DNA of 64,000 nucleotides from Octopus sinensis (GCF_006345805.1 NC_043008.1:69564001-69628000); one strand, 5' to 3'. Positions 24,333 to 39,298 are shown, counted from the first letter of the stretch. A program made the numbers and translations. Notes: a model not told the origin generated them from the sequence alone.

Positions 24333-26166
24333 TTGAGAAGAAAGGGGGAGAAAGAAAGAAATGGTGAGTAATTTGACGTGTGTTTGTATTTTTGTGTAGG
24401 TATGTCAACAGATGTATGTGTGTATGTACATACATTAGTATGTGTGTAAGTATATATAAATACATATACACACAAACACTCACACACAGACATATATATA
24501 TACACACACACGAACTTACCTACGTACATATATACATGCATACATACATACATACATACATACATAACAAACAGACATACATTGAGTTTTGTTGGGATTT
24601 TCAGAAAGAGAAACTGACCGGCTGATTCGTACATTAAAGTCCAATTTGTAAGTGGAGCAATAAAAATATGCAAGACACTTATCAAGTTCCAAATGTGAAT
24701 TTGTCTGTGTTAACTACATCCCAAGGATGGATCCTTGTATCTTTGTTGGAAACCGGCTTCCTCCTCCTCAGTGGAAGATTTATAATAATTAAAAAGTAGA
24801 AGAGACAAACATACATATTTATTTACTTATTTATTTATATTTGTAATCGATCGAAGCCCTTCATCGAAATTCGTGGCCTTGGGCCAACATTTGAAACCAA
24901 TATTTAAGATTGACTTCACACAGTTTGCTAACAGCTAAGTGGATAAAATGGGACCTTCACTAGCGTCAGCAAAGCAGTGGAACGCCACAATTGATTCTTA
25001 CTGACATTCATACAACAGCTGGACTTTCGAATTGCAACACTAGTGGTATTATTTTTCGTTCTATACTGACAGGGTTGTTCTGCCGTCTTCAGGAGACATT
25101 AGAGCCTGCATGCCTATGCAACATCCACTCAAATATATGCAGTTTCGTGTCACTCTGTGCGCACTACCTGTTCGTACTGTGTTGTAAAGGTGATGACGAA
25201 TCAAGGAAGAACGCTGCCACCAATGTCCCGTTCTGTGACCGTGTCAAGCCGTCCATGTAATACAACATGTGAGAAGTTATGTAATGCACCAAATAGACTT
25301 GTCTCGTTCCGTATTGAAAACGCATACATTTTTATATAGCCTCTTCCTCTCAATAGGGCAGATGATATGCAATACATCGTCTAGATATTCCTTCAGCTGT
25401 TCCTTCGATGGTATGTGAAAATGCCTTGTAGCCCTGGAAGTGGAAATATGCTCGCTCTTCGATAAATGTATCAGGCAAGGAGGTACACACATTTGCAACG
25501 TAACACTTCCACGCCTCTTTGATTAAAACCTCCATCACTAAAACCTTCGCTTGTTTGTGATACTGGCAAACGAACTATTGTCTATACATTTGTTAATATC
25601 GTACATATCTTCATTGTTTTGATGCCAGTACCCTTGTTTATGTCGTGCAAATTTGAGTTTTCTGGTGCCAAATATTTACGATTAGTGCCTTTGAGTGGAT
25701 CTAATTAGTTCATTGTCATTCTTTTCTGTTTATCGTTTATCTTTTTTTTATTTTTCAACTCTGTTCATTTTATTTTACGCTTTATTTTTCGTTCATTTCA
25801 TTATATTGTTCTCAGTGTTAGTATCTAATATTACATCCTTTCTTGTTAGCACTTACTGAATATAATGGAAGAAACCATATTATGCAAATTCTAGACACAC
25901 AAAATAGTTTACCGGAAAAAAATTACAATATGTCTGAAAGACAGACCTTTTGTCCACCCCAGCCATAGGGACAGATGTCAAAAACTTTTAGAAGTCCCTT
26001 GTTTACAAAATAATCCACAAAGAAAACTTTCCCGCCAGTAAAACTTGGTAATAATCCAATTACACCGGAGACGTCCCGAGAGACGTCCGTTCACGCCAAA
26101 ATACAAATAATAATAATGATGATAATAATAATGATGATGACGACGATGATGATGATGATGATGATG

Positions 26167-26198
<32 letters not shown>

Positions 26199-27314
26199 TT
26201 GATTTACTTCTGGTTTTTGTTCGGATTTTATGAAAGACTGCTTAAAGTCAGACAATTGAGGTTGTTTTTGTTGTGGTGGTTTGTCTTGTTTATCTAATAA
26301 AAAGTATATCTCAGGAAAACACACATTCTTCTCTCTCTCTCCTTCTCTCTGTCTTTCTCTCACTCTCCTTCTCTGTCTTTCTCTTTCTCTTTACCCCTCT
26401 TTGTCTCTCTCTCTTTCTCTCTCTTTGCTTGTGTGTGTATATATACATACATACGTATGTTTGCACAGTTATTGTGTATTGTGTATACATGCATATATAA
26501 ATATATAATGCACATTCATGTATGTGTGTATAGATATGCTTTTCTATGTTTGTGTGTATGTGTGTGTGTGCATATGTATGTAAATATAATATATGTGATA
26601 CAAATATTTAATGACGTGTATATATATGCGTGTATGTGTATGTGTGAGCGCTCGTGTATATATGATATAATATGTGGTATATATGTGTGTATCTACGAGT
26701 ACACATAAATATATAGAATGACCATATATTGATGTATGCGCACGTAGTGTATGTCTGCCTGTGAGTGAGTACGCACACATACTCACACACTCACACATAT
26801 ACATGTACAGATGGATGTACATGTAGACTTATTGACAACCAATATGTATATAGGAATGTACAAATATGCATATGTGTAGGTGCATGTACACATACTTATT
26901 TATACACACATATGATTAACCGCATATACAGAATACATCCAGCATACACATGGGGAAATGGACGAAAAACTTCTAATAAATAAATAAAACTACTGCTATT
27001 TTTGCGTTTATATTTAAAACCTGGAAACTTCCAGCTAGGCGAGTAATTAATAAAATATTTATTGTGTGTTAAAGTGAAAGAGTATCAAATAGAAAGAAAT
27101 TGCAAATAAGCATTTGATGAGCGAGAAGGAGTAGAGAGTATGCAAATATTGGTGCTAGTAAGATGAGAAACTCTCTTTAAGCAGAACCAGCCTCTAGATA
27201 ATTAATGCTATATAATGGTAAATGTTGATGTTTTCTATTGCACAATCGCTAGAAATTACAATATATTTGAGTACAAGAGAGAGGGGGAGGGAGAGGAAGA
27301 GAGAGGGGGAGAGG

Positions 27315-27345
<31 letters not shown>

Positions 27346-27691
27346 GACATCTGTGTAAATAGCTATGCCGCCATGGTTATGCTGTTTCTAACGGCATTTT
27401 ACAGTTGAAGGCACCCGAAACACCCAACTAAATCTATCCGCCAATCCACCCCCACTCTACCCTGTGTCCGCCCGTCTGTATGCGAGAAAGTGTAAATGTG
27501 ATGTGTGAGACTGTATACGTGTATGTGTATATGTGTATCTTACGTGTGAACCTGGGTACGTATGTACTCTGTACGTGTTCATATACACTTCTATGTATGC
27601 CTGAATGCATATGGTGTATATGTATATGTATGTATATATACACACTCATTTATATATATATATATTATATATATATATATATTATATATAT

Positions 27692-27735
<44 letters not shown>

Positions 27736-27930
27736 ATGTATATATGCATATATATGTATATATATAACACATATATATATATACACACATATACATATAT
27801 ATATATATATATAAATGTTTGCATATGTTTGTGCATATGTATATGGATAAATAGAGCTGTGAGTACATGTATACCGTCATTTTCCCGATTTTTCTCGTAC
27901 ATATACACATATACAACCACACACACACAT

Positions 27931-27987
<57 letters not shown>

Positions 27988-28210
27988 CATATATACATCC
28001 GCGTACACACATGTACACAGCTAACATGTTAAGAGTAGCTTGTAAAGGTTAGAAACACAGCTGCAATCCTCCTCACAGAAACTGACATAAAAAAATTCGA
28101 TTTCATTTAATATCCTTAATATATATACACATAAAAAATCTGAAACTCTATAAATATATATGTGCAGAAACACGCACGAAAAACTTACACATACAATCAC
28201 ACAACACGCG

Positions 28211-28257
<47 letters not shown>

Positions 28258-28485
28258 CACACACACACACACACGCGCACACACACACATACACATACAC
28301 GCAATTATATTTATATATTACGCCACAATAAATCATGTATTACCATGTACATTTACCGAAATCTGAGGTATCCAGTCAATATGAATATAGCAGCAATCAC
28401 CACAAAGAACACACAAATGCAATGTTTCTAGTTTACTTTGAATATTTCTCAATAACGCATATGTGTGCGTGTCTGAATGTGCACG

Positions 28486-28536
<51 letters not shown>

Positions 28537-28978
28537 TGTTGTGTGTGTTAGTAGCTCTTGTGAAAAATATATAGCTAAGCTTCAAAATCATTTTCTTTAG
28601 TAATGTGAGGTTAGTGTCTTAGTAGGTTATTATATAACAGTACATTGACGAACAGAGATGGCAATGTGTTACAGTAATCAAATGAAGAATCAAAGGCTAT
28701 TAATTCTTTGTTTCAATGATTTAGTCCATTAGAGGAATTGAGCGGGGGAATAAAGTCGTTAGTAATCTGCTATGGTTTACCGTTTCAGTCACACAGGTTC
28801 ACTGTTGTTGTTGTTGCTTTTGGTGTTGGAGCTGTTGGTAGTGTTTTATATGTAGTTGTTGTTGTGTGAATTTTAACGGAAGAAACACTGAACATTCAAA
28901 CAGCCGTAATGGAAATTATAGAAGTGAATGAAATATTCATGAGAATATATATGTATGTATGTACGCATGCATGCATGC

Positions 28979-29051
<73 letters not shown>

Positions 29052-29116
29052 ATTGTACATACACATACACATACATACAAATATGTGTATAAACTTATAT
29101 GTACATATGTATGTGC

Positions 29117-29149
<33 letters not shown>

Positions 29150-29565
29150 TATATATGTATATGCATACACACATGCAGGCACACATACGCATATATATAT
29201 ATACATACATACATATATATATACATATATATATACATATATATTCATATTCATACATACATACACACTCACATATATGTATGCATATATATATATCGCA
29301 TGCATTATCATATGAATTATTATCTGCACAATTTTGCTGTATGTTAACAATTAGTGCACTCACTTGTACACATGCACACTGAAATACATCAAATGAATAC
29401 CCTTTCTCTCTCTCTTTCTCTTTCTCACTCTTAGTCTCTCTCTATCTAATGCATACAATTACATGCGCACACAAAAAGAGCCACACGCACATATATATAT
29501 GTATGCTTATATATATGTATATATTTATACTTATGTGTATATATATATATATATATATACATAAG

Positions 29566-29649
<84 letters not shown>

Positions 29650-29652
29650 ATG

Positions 29653-29700
<48 letters not shown>

Positions 29701-29732
29701 TATATGTGTGTGTATGTATAAATATATATATA

Positions 29733-29777
<45 letters not shown>

Positions 29778-29890
29778 TATTCATATATAAATGTATGTAT
29801 ATGCATGCATACACTTGAACAAAAGAATTCATGTGTTTATAAATTACATGTATCTATCTGCATACATGAATATGCTCGTCTATATACGTG

Positions 29891-29930
<40 letters not shown>

Positions 29931-30207
29931 GTGTACGATAATCGAGCCCTTGCTCTCTCCGTTGCGTTCCAACCTGTGACTACAAATGATTGCGTGTCTT
30001 CCTCTATTTGCCAATACCTTAGCTGGTTGAAATGATTTAATTCTTTTATAGGTTTATGCTAATTAAATATCCAAATTATTTTCAGAAGCTTCAAGAACGA
30101 ATTGTAGGAAGACGCTGAGGTGGGACGGTGTGAAATGAAATGGAAGCGATGGTGGCGGTGGTGGTGGTGGTGGTGGTGGTGGTGGTTATGGTGGTGATGG
30201 GGTGACG

Positions 30208-30239
<32 letters not shown>

Positions 30240-31429
30240 GGAGAGTGAGAAGGAGATTAAGAGAGTGAGAGAGAGATTAATAGGTGGGCGTGATGGGAGA
30301 CGGTTTGGGTTGCGTGGGTCGGTGGTGGGAAGAGGCGGTGGAAAAGAAGGAACTGAAGGAAGAGGAGTAGGAAGAGAAGAAGAAGAAGAAGAAGAAGAAG
30401 AAGAAGGAGGAGGAAAAGTGTAGTGTGTGTATGTGTGGCTGTGAGAGTCTGAATGTGAGTTTGTGTTTCTTTATGTATACGTTTATGTGCATGTGCGTAC
30501 ATTTGTGGTTCTGTACATGTGTGCGCGTGCTTTTGAAAGAAAACGGAGGCGGTATGATGGTTGCGATGGTAGTGTGGTTGTGGTGGTGGTGGTGGTGGTG
30601 GTAGTGGTGGTAGTGGTGGTGGTGGTGGTAGTGGCGGTGGTGGCGGTTGGTTGTGGAGAGGGTGACGTTGGTGGGGTGCAGAATAAGAATCGATTTTGTT
30701 TAAGGTTATAGAACCACTTAAAAGATATATTCTTGGGACTGGGAGAATGGAATTGAGTTAGTATGGGCTGTGCTCAATATATATTCAATTAGATATGACA
30801 TTCAAAGAAATATAATGAAAACCAAAAAGAAGTAAGCGAAAAAGAAAGGAAAAAGAGGAGAGAAAAGCCAAAAGAGAGAGAAGATATGGAGGAGGAAGAA
30901 GAAGGTGGAAAAGCAGGGGAGGAGTAGGAAGAGGAAAAGGAAAATGTTGAGGAAGGAAAAGAATCTTCACACTGTGAGATTGGTGTTTGCTTTGATAGAA
31001 GAACGAGGGAAAAGTATAATTATAAAGATGAGGAGAGAAAGGGAGTGAGAGAGAAAGAGAGAGAGCGAGAGTGAGGTAGTGAAAGTGAGAGAGAAGGGGG
31101 ATGTGGGTGATGGGGAAAGTGGGAAAAGAAATAGCACGTGCGAGAAAGTGAGAGTGAGAAGGAGTGGTGTTGGGTGTGGGTTTGGGAGAGGGGGTAAATA
31201 GCTCCAATTTTACTCTTGGGAGCTTTGCAGAAATAAAAGATAGTTGTAGAACTCCCTGAGATAATGGTTGAGTTATTAAGAAGTGGAGAACAGAACAACA
31301 GCAGCAAATGCAGCAAAAACAGCAACACCAGTGAAGACAGCAACAGCAGCAAAAGTAGTAATAAAATCAACAACAATAACAACAGCTACAATTATCGCAT
31401 CAAAAACAGCACGGAAACAGCAATGACTG

Positions 31430-32260
31430 CAGTAAAAACAGCACGGGGAGCAACAAAAACAGAAACACCAGTAGCAAAGGCAGCGAAAACAGCAACACCA
31501 GCGAAAACAGCTACACCAGCGAAAACAGCAACGCCAGTGAAAACAGCAAAACCAGCAGCAGAGGCAGCGAAAACAGCTACACCAGCGAAAACAGCAACGC
31601 CAGTGAAAACTGCAACAGGAGCAGCAAAGGCAGCGAAAACAGCGACACTAGGCGAAAACAGCTACACCAGCGAAAACAGCTACACCAGCGAAAACAACAA
31701 CGCCAGTGAAAACAGCAACACCAGCAGCAAAGGCAGCGAAAACAGCGACACTAGGCGAAAACAGCAACACCAGCGAAAACAGCAACGCCAGTGAAAACAG
31801 AAACACCAGCAGCAAAGGCAGCGAAAACAGTGACACTAGGCGAAAACAGCTACACCAGCGAAAACAGCTACACCAGCGAAAACAGCAACGCCAGTGAAAA
31901 CAGCAACACCAGCAGCAAAGGCAGCGAAAACAGCAACACCAGCGAAAACAGCTACACCAGCGAAAACAGCAACGCCAGTGAAAACTGCAACAGGAGCAGC
32001 AAAGGCAGCGAAAACAGCGACACTAGGCGAAAACAGCAACACGCGGCGAAAACAGCAACACGTAGGCGAAAACAGCAACACGAGGCGAAAACAGCAACAG
32101 CAGTAGTAAAATAATAACTACTGCTATACCTATCGCATAAAAAACAGCATGGAAATATCAATGGCTGCTGTAAAAACAGCACAGCGAGCAACAAAAACAG
32201 AAACACCAGCAGCAACATTTGGCGAAAACAGCAACGCCAGCGAAAACAGCAATAGCAGCA
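31430..32260. repeat. 18-bp minisatellite (GCGAAAACAGCAACACCA) with higher-order structure
   Basis: Mix of 18-nt units, 30-nt variants (+GCAGCAAAGGCA) and 19-nt variants (GCGAAAACAGCGACACTAG). The T-poor strand explains the long ORFs in all three frames. Confidence 0.92.
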
Positions 32261-32414
32261 GTCATAGTAAAACAACAATAGCAACAACTACTCTACAACT
32301 ATCGCATGAAAATGACTGCAGCAAAAACAGCAAAGCCAACAGTAAAAAAGAGAAGCAACAGCATCAAGAATAGCGAAATAGCAACAAGTGTATAACTGAG
32401 GTTATTAATTTAAA

Positions 32415-33455
32415 AGAGGTGAGCTGGCAGAATCGGAAGCGCTCTGTATAAAATGCATCGCAGCATTTATTCCAGCTCTGTAAGCGCTAGGCTTAAATGC
32501 CGCCGTGGTTAACTTTGCCTTTCACCCCGCTTTTGGGATCGATAAAATAAGTACAAGTTGAGTACTGAGGTCGATGTAATCGATTACCCCATCCAACATA
32601 AAAAAATAAAAAGAAAAGCGAAAAAATTCAGGCCTTGCGCTTATAAGTAGATAATTTCCTTTAAAGACGACGAATCGTTAGTACGCCAGACAAAATACTC
32701 AGTAGCATTTTGTCAATATTTGTGTTCTGAGTCCAAATTCCGCCGAGACTGACATTTTCATATTTTTGGGGTCGATAAAATAAGTACCAGTTGAGCACCG
32801 AGGTCGATGCAATCGGCAACACTCACACTCATCTAAAAAAATTAAAGCTTTGTGCTTGAAAGTGGAAAATATATTTTAAAGGCGACGAGCTGGCAGAAAC
32901 GTTATCACGTTGGGAGAAATACTTAGCTGTATTTCGTTTGCCGCTACATTCTGAGTTCAAATTCCGCCGAGGTCCACCTTGCTTTTCATCCTTTCGGGGT
33001 TGATAAATTAAGCACTAGTTATGCACTGAGGTCGATATAATCGACTTTATCCGTCTGTCTGTCCTTGTTTGTACTCTCTGTGTTTAGCCCCTTGTGGGTA
33101 GTAAAGAAATAGGTATTTCGTCTGCCGTTACGTTCTGTGTTCAAATTCCGCCGAGGTCGACTTTGCCTTTCATCTTTTCAGGGTCGATAAATCAGGATCT
33201 AATCGACTTAATCCCTTTGTCTGTCCTTGTTTGCCTCCTCTATGTTTATCCCCTTGTGGGCAATAAAGAAATAAGAATTGTTAGCGCACCTAAGAAAATG
33301 CTTCGCCGCATTTCTTCCAGACCGTTATGTGTTAAGCGCAGATCCCGGAGTCGATAAAAAAAAGTTCCCGTCAAGTAAGGGGGATGGGTTGACGTAATCG
33401 GCTCCCTCAGCTCCCAAATTACTGGCTTTGTGCCAAAATTTGAAGGTTGTAAGTT
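32415..33455 (+). mobile_element. Cluster of 5-6 head-to-tail SINE family D copies
   Basis: Repeated GAGCTGGCAGAA, CAAATTCCGCCGAGG and GTCGATAAAATAAGTAC. Two copies share a GTTTAGCCCCTTGTGGG...AAAGAAATA tail. Confidence 0.85.
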
Positions 33456-34055
33456 ACTTCGAAGTTTTGCTGGTCGTTGATTTGATAAGACATTCTAACC
33501 AGACTTTAATAATGTTGTCAACTTTTCTTTTGTATATACATACAACACACTCATATGTATATATGTATGTATGTATAAATACACACACACACATATATAT
33601 GTAGCCATGTATGTATGTATATATATATACACACACTAATACATATACAAATATATATATATATATGGATGTATGTATGTATATGTGTTTAGACTCTCAT
33701 ACACAGATATTAGCATACATGTACACAAGCGTAGTGATATATAAGCCAGTAAGATGGCAATTCTTGGTCTTGATACGATCTGATGTAATTAAACGCTAAC
33801 ATAATTATTGTTGCCAACAATCCAAACATCGTTATCAAAGATTAAGAATTAAATAAACTAAATCTCCAAATTAATTGATATAACTCATATATCAGCGAAG
33901 AGGAAATATTGTCTGATATGTGTGCGTATGTGGGTGTACATGTATATAACTGTGTGTGTGTGTGAGCGCGTATGCATATATCAATATATGTATATACAAA
34001 TGTACATATGTGTATATGTACATGCAAATATATATATACATACATATATATACAT

Positions 34056-34099
<44 letters not shown>

Positions 34100-34142
34100 T
34101 ATAATAAATATATATAGGTAGATTGACAGATAGAAGCTATAT

Positions 34143-34179
<37 letters not shown>

Positions 34180-34811
34180 GTTATACATATATGCGCGCGC
34201 GCGTGTGTATAATTTATTTACAGAAATGGTTTTCGAAGTATATATTAAGCTATAAATAATATGTCTGCAGGAGAGGTGTGCGATCGAGTTCCACGGGCCG
34301 CCTCCAACATTTTCTATCGAGAAAGAGTTTTTCAGCCCTATATTTACATGACTAATATGTATAACTTCTTATGTTCTTCGAGAACCAATTTCCAAAAAGG
34401 TTCTTTTGACAGTTTTTAAATTCTTACGTTGTAAACTACATATATATTTATGTATATATATATCTGTCCTCACCTTCGAAACACGCTGGAGTTGAACTAG
34501 GGACGGCTGATGAAGGGGATTTTTCCTTGTGTAGTTGTCTTGTACTCTGTTTTTTTCGTTGTTAAAGGAATGGCCCGTTCCATGCTGTTTTTGCGTTTTC
34601 GTTTCTCGTTGAGTTCTACGTCTAATTGTGGTGTCCTGTACACACGTATATATATTTATATATGCATGTATATGTACATGTAGATGTAGGTACGTACATA
34701 TATGTTTGTAGGTATGCATATATTTTATTTATTACACTATTGTATGACTGAGCGCCTTCGCGTCGATTCGATTCGATTCGTTTGGTTTCGTTTCGTTTCT
34801 CTAAGCTGGTT

Positions 34812-34876
<65 letters not shown>

Positions 34877-35291
34877 GTATGTCTGTATGTATGTATGTAT
34901 GTATGTATATGTATATATATATCAGCATAAAACTGCAACTTTTGCTGTTTTCCGTTTCCTTTCGTAGTGTACCTGTTCCACCTTTACACAGCAAATCTAT
35001 TAATGTTACACTAAACAATGCTTCGCTAAAACTACCTCATATAGTTGAAATTTACAGGACGAATAAAATAAAAATAAAAGACGAATATAGGTGTATGAAC
35101 AACAAGCAATGGCAAGGAGGCGTACAGTAGGGCTAAACTTGGATCCACGTAATAGGGAAGCGAACTTCTCACTTACACATTGCACCCAAATGAGTTTATT
35201 TATGCATGCCTGTATTTATAAACTCATCCATTGCTAAATGACAATGTTAAATTATTTTGGAATCACTCTTAAATATGTATCCAAGTACGAT

Positions 35292-35334
<43 letters not shown>

Positions 35335-36036
35335 CAACTGTTTTATGTACATATGTCTGAACCAAAGAGGGAGCCATGACGTGCTAACTGCACCTAAAAG
35401 AAATTGCAGATGAATCTCTTATCCAAGCTGATCAGACCAATACCTCCATGAAAATATTTTACCTCTTACTCGCATTCAGTGATCTTAGTAACACCGTTCT
35501 GATATGAATACATTTTAAAGCTGATGGTGCCGTACTTGAGTTTACCATCTAGCTACTCCAGATAGGAAATTAACTTCTCGAAAGAGACTCCGGGGTCTGA
35601 ACGCAATTATCCTTTGGCTAAATCCTTCAAATCGAAACAGGAACTAATGTCCAGAATGTTTCCAGACAATCACATCTGGAAATTGTATCTCAATTGAATC
35701 TGTAAACGAGCAAGCCTAGCAACAAAAGGTTATTAGAAAAGTTATCAAGGAAGATAACCTGATTCAAAAGCCGCAGACATAATCAGGTCTTAGGATCAGG
35801 CAGTAAATTATCTAATCGAGATTCTGTATATCCTTCAGCAATTTGGAATTACTCCTCTAGTTCTGATGCTGAATTTTGAAGCCTCGATTAGGCCATATCG
35901 TCACTTCGATTCTCCAAATCTTTGAAATAGCTCAAAACCCGCCATCAAGAATGTAATGCTCCCTGCTTCCTTGGTCAGAATCATGTTAGAAAAACAAACT
36001 CAAAATGATTGTTTAGTTACTTATGGAGCCAATCAG

Positions 36037-36300
36037 TGGAGGTGCGTGGCTTAGTGGTTAGGATGTCAGCACCGTGATCGTAAGATTGTGGTTTCGATTC
36101 CTGGACCGGGTGACGCGTTGTGTTCTTGAGCAAAACACTTCATTTCACGTTGCTCCAGTTCACTCAGCTGGCGAAAATGAGTAACGCTGCGATGGACTGG
36201 CGTCTCGTCCAACTGGGGAACACATACACCATTGAAACCGGGAAACCGGGCCCATGAGCCTGGCTAGGCTTTAAAAGGGCGCATTTATTATTTATTTTTA
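36037..36300 (+). mobile_element. Full-length tRNA-derived CORE-type SINE (264 bp) with a perfect 16-bp target-site duplication
   Basis: TSD TTATGGAGCCAATCAG at 36021-36036 and 36301-36316. A box TGGCTTAGTGGTTAG, B box GTTTCGATTCC, CORE-like GTTGTGTTCTTGAGCAAAACACTT, and a (TTTA)-type tail. Confidence 0.93.
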
Positions 36301-37282
36301 TTATGGAGCCAATCAGACCAAGTTTGTCATGACCGCCCACTTATAAATCTCAAGGTCACACACTTAAAGTTATAGGGCTAAACAGAGGATTCCTTCCTTG
36401 TGGATGGTCAGTTTAATCTTGGTGCTTCAACATGAACATGAACATGATAGTTTCGTAATCAGAAGAAAAAAAGGGGAAAATAATAAAAAAGTAAAACGAT
36501 AAAGAAAAAAATAAAGAACCAAACGTACGAGAATATTTTTTATGTTGAAACTTTGGGACAAACAAATAAATATATAAGAAAAATCTATATTCTATTTCTA
36601 TATTTTCTATAATATATTATACTTTCTATATTTTATTTGTATAAAAGTTTGTATTGTGAGCCAAAATCATGGTGTTACTTTGATACTATACCTCATCAAC
36701 GCCTGGCTGATATATTTTCTTAATACACACGCACATACACACACACACATATATGTATATATATAATATATATATATATAAACATATTATATATATATAC
36801 ATATTAGAAGAAATAAGGTACTCAGAAATCTGGATGGTTTTATATTTACAGATATTTATTAATATGTCACATAAATTAGCGCTTGCGTCCACTCAAATGG
36901 AGTCCTCAGATTGAACTTTTTCAGGAATTTTGTCTCTTTTTATAGTATTATTGAGTGTGTAAGGGTGCAGAGAGATATAAGATAATACAAGAGTGTGAGG
37001 AATGGGGAGAAAGTGAGAGAGTGTGCGTGCATGTGTGTGTTTGTGTGTGTGTGTGAAATGAATTCACAGCATATAATGCTTTCAGGAAAGCATTTAATAT
37101 GTATGTTTCAGATTTAGTTTGACTCGTTATTATAACTTATATGACTTGATGCCAGTACAGACTAGTCTGTACAGGTTCCATTTACGCGGATACTCTAACA
37201 AGGATTTGAAGCAGTTTGTTATATCTGATTCGAGTCGAAAATTCTGGTTTTGTGCATCGCTTCTTGCCACAACACGACACAA

Positions 37283-37318
<36 letters not shown>

Positions 37319-38162
37319 AAAGAAACCTCTTCCAAAAAAGGTTAGTGACGTTCTGATAGAGAATTTACAACGTTTTTAAAAAAATAATTAAAATAAAATC
37401 TTTTTTACACTTAGTAATACACACACACACACACACACACACATACACACACACATACACACACAGATATGTTTTATGTTGGTTAAATTTCTAGAAAAAA
37501 GAAAAAGGTTGACATTGATAATTGACTACGAGATTTCGGATTGCTTGACTTCGTCTGAGTGTTTGACGAAGCTAAGCAAGATGAAGATTCTACTAAAATG
37601 TATCGTGTAACCCTTCACTTTAATGTTAAATAGCTTTTATATCTAACTTGACTAAACACAAACCTTATTATATAAATGTATATATATGTACACACACACC
37701 ACACACACACACACACGCACATATATATACGTGTCTGTACACACATTTATATATATATACATATACGTGTATGTGTGCGTGTGATTAAATGAAACTTTGC
37801 TTGATGTGGCACAGACATACTGAACGTTTTAATTTTATTTTAGTTGGGGAAAAATCGTTGGATAATGTGATGCCTTTATTTTCTTCAAAGACGAACATAC
37901 ACCTGCTTCGACCGAGAATTGAAACCGGGTCAGGTCATAGTCCCATGAAAGCAGGAGAATTCGTCTGTTTTCGTTTGTAGTTTTTATTTCTAAAATTTCT
38001 CTGATGTTCGCATTTCTATTAACCTATATCGCTATCTCTCTTGAAGTTAGCTCAAGTTAAGTCTGTAAGTCTGTCTGAAATTTCTCTATCTCCGTACCAT
38101 TAGAGTTACGGAGATAGATTGAATTTATCAGTACAGAAGAGCTATTAATATGTATATGTGTT

Positions 38163-38193
<31 letters not shown>

Positions 38194-38931
38194 GTATGTA
38201 TGTATGTATGTATATATATATTTATGTACGCCTGTATGTATAAATATGTATATATACATGTGTGTGTATGTGCGTGTTATATATATATATATATAGTCGT
38301 GTGTATGTGAAAAACACAAGTAAAATTCTTAAATTACCATAGCCCGTTAAATCTATTTTGTCCATAATTCCGCTGGTAATTGGAGCGGCTGCATGTGTAC
38401 ACCAATGCTTCCGCAAAGATAATATTTCACATGTTTGCCAAATAAAAATAGATAGATGTAAGAATGAATAAATGAATAAATAAAATAAGAAAATATGAAA
38501 CTATACGAAAAATCACAACAATAAGGGAAGTCAATGTATCTTATGAACACACGTATGCACACAAAACATGACAGAGATATAACATTACACACACACACAC
38601 GAACACACACAGAGGCACAAAGATATATTTATATATGAATATAATTATATATGTACCGATAAAAATATACATACATATATATAATACACATATACATACA
38701 TACGCACATACACATACACATGTATGTATATATATATATACACACGTATATACATTATATATATATATATATATGTATGTATATAATATATATACGTATA
38801 TATATAATATATATATATATATGTGTGTGTGTGTATATAATTTATATTTTATATATATATAAATATATATATATATCATATATAAACAATATCTCTCTGA
38901 TACCCACATATAACGTTTATGCATACATACA

Positions 38932-38965
<34 letters not shown>

Positions 38966-39222
38966 CATACACTTATTTATGAATACGGAAACGTAAATAA
39001 TTATAGAAATATACAAAGAACATTGAAATAAATATTGGAATAGTAATACTAGCTTGTGTGAATATTGCAAGATAAGTTCTTTGAGAATTCTTAATTACCA
39101 TTTTAATTCTCATCTACATATCCAGCATGACATTCTGTAATAATTCTGTGTTGTAGCAAGAACAACGAAGGAAGATAATGTTGCTATCAATATATGAATG
39201 AATAAAACCTTGCAGAGCCATT

Positions 39223-39238
39223 GCTGCTGCTGCTGCTG

Positions 39239-39298
<60 letters not shown>

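Noticed and set aside
31264-32114. AKTATP-repeat ORFs as a histone H1-like or antifreeze-like gene
   Set aside because: The 19-nt units shift the frame repeatedly, and the lack of stops is explained by the T-poor strand.
34465-34650. CTGATGAAGGGG within a repeat-like segment as another hammerhead
   Set aside because: No GAAA box follows helix II; at most a decayed Penelope-like end.
36037-36110. tRNA-like sequences here and at ~8440 and ~2540-2600
   Set aside because: A/B boxes are present, but they continue into SINE bodies and lack a complete cloverleaf. They are SINE heads, not tRNA genes.
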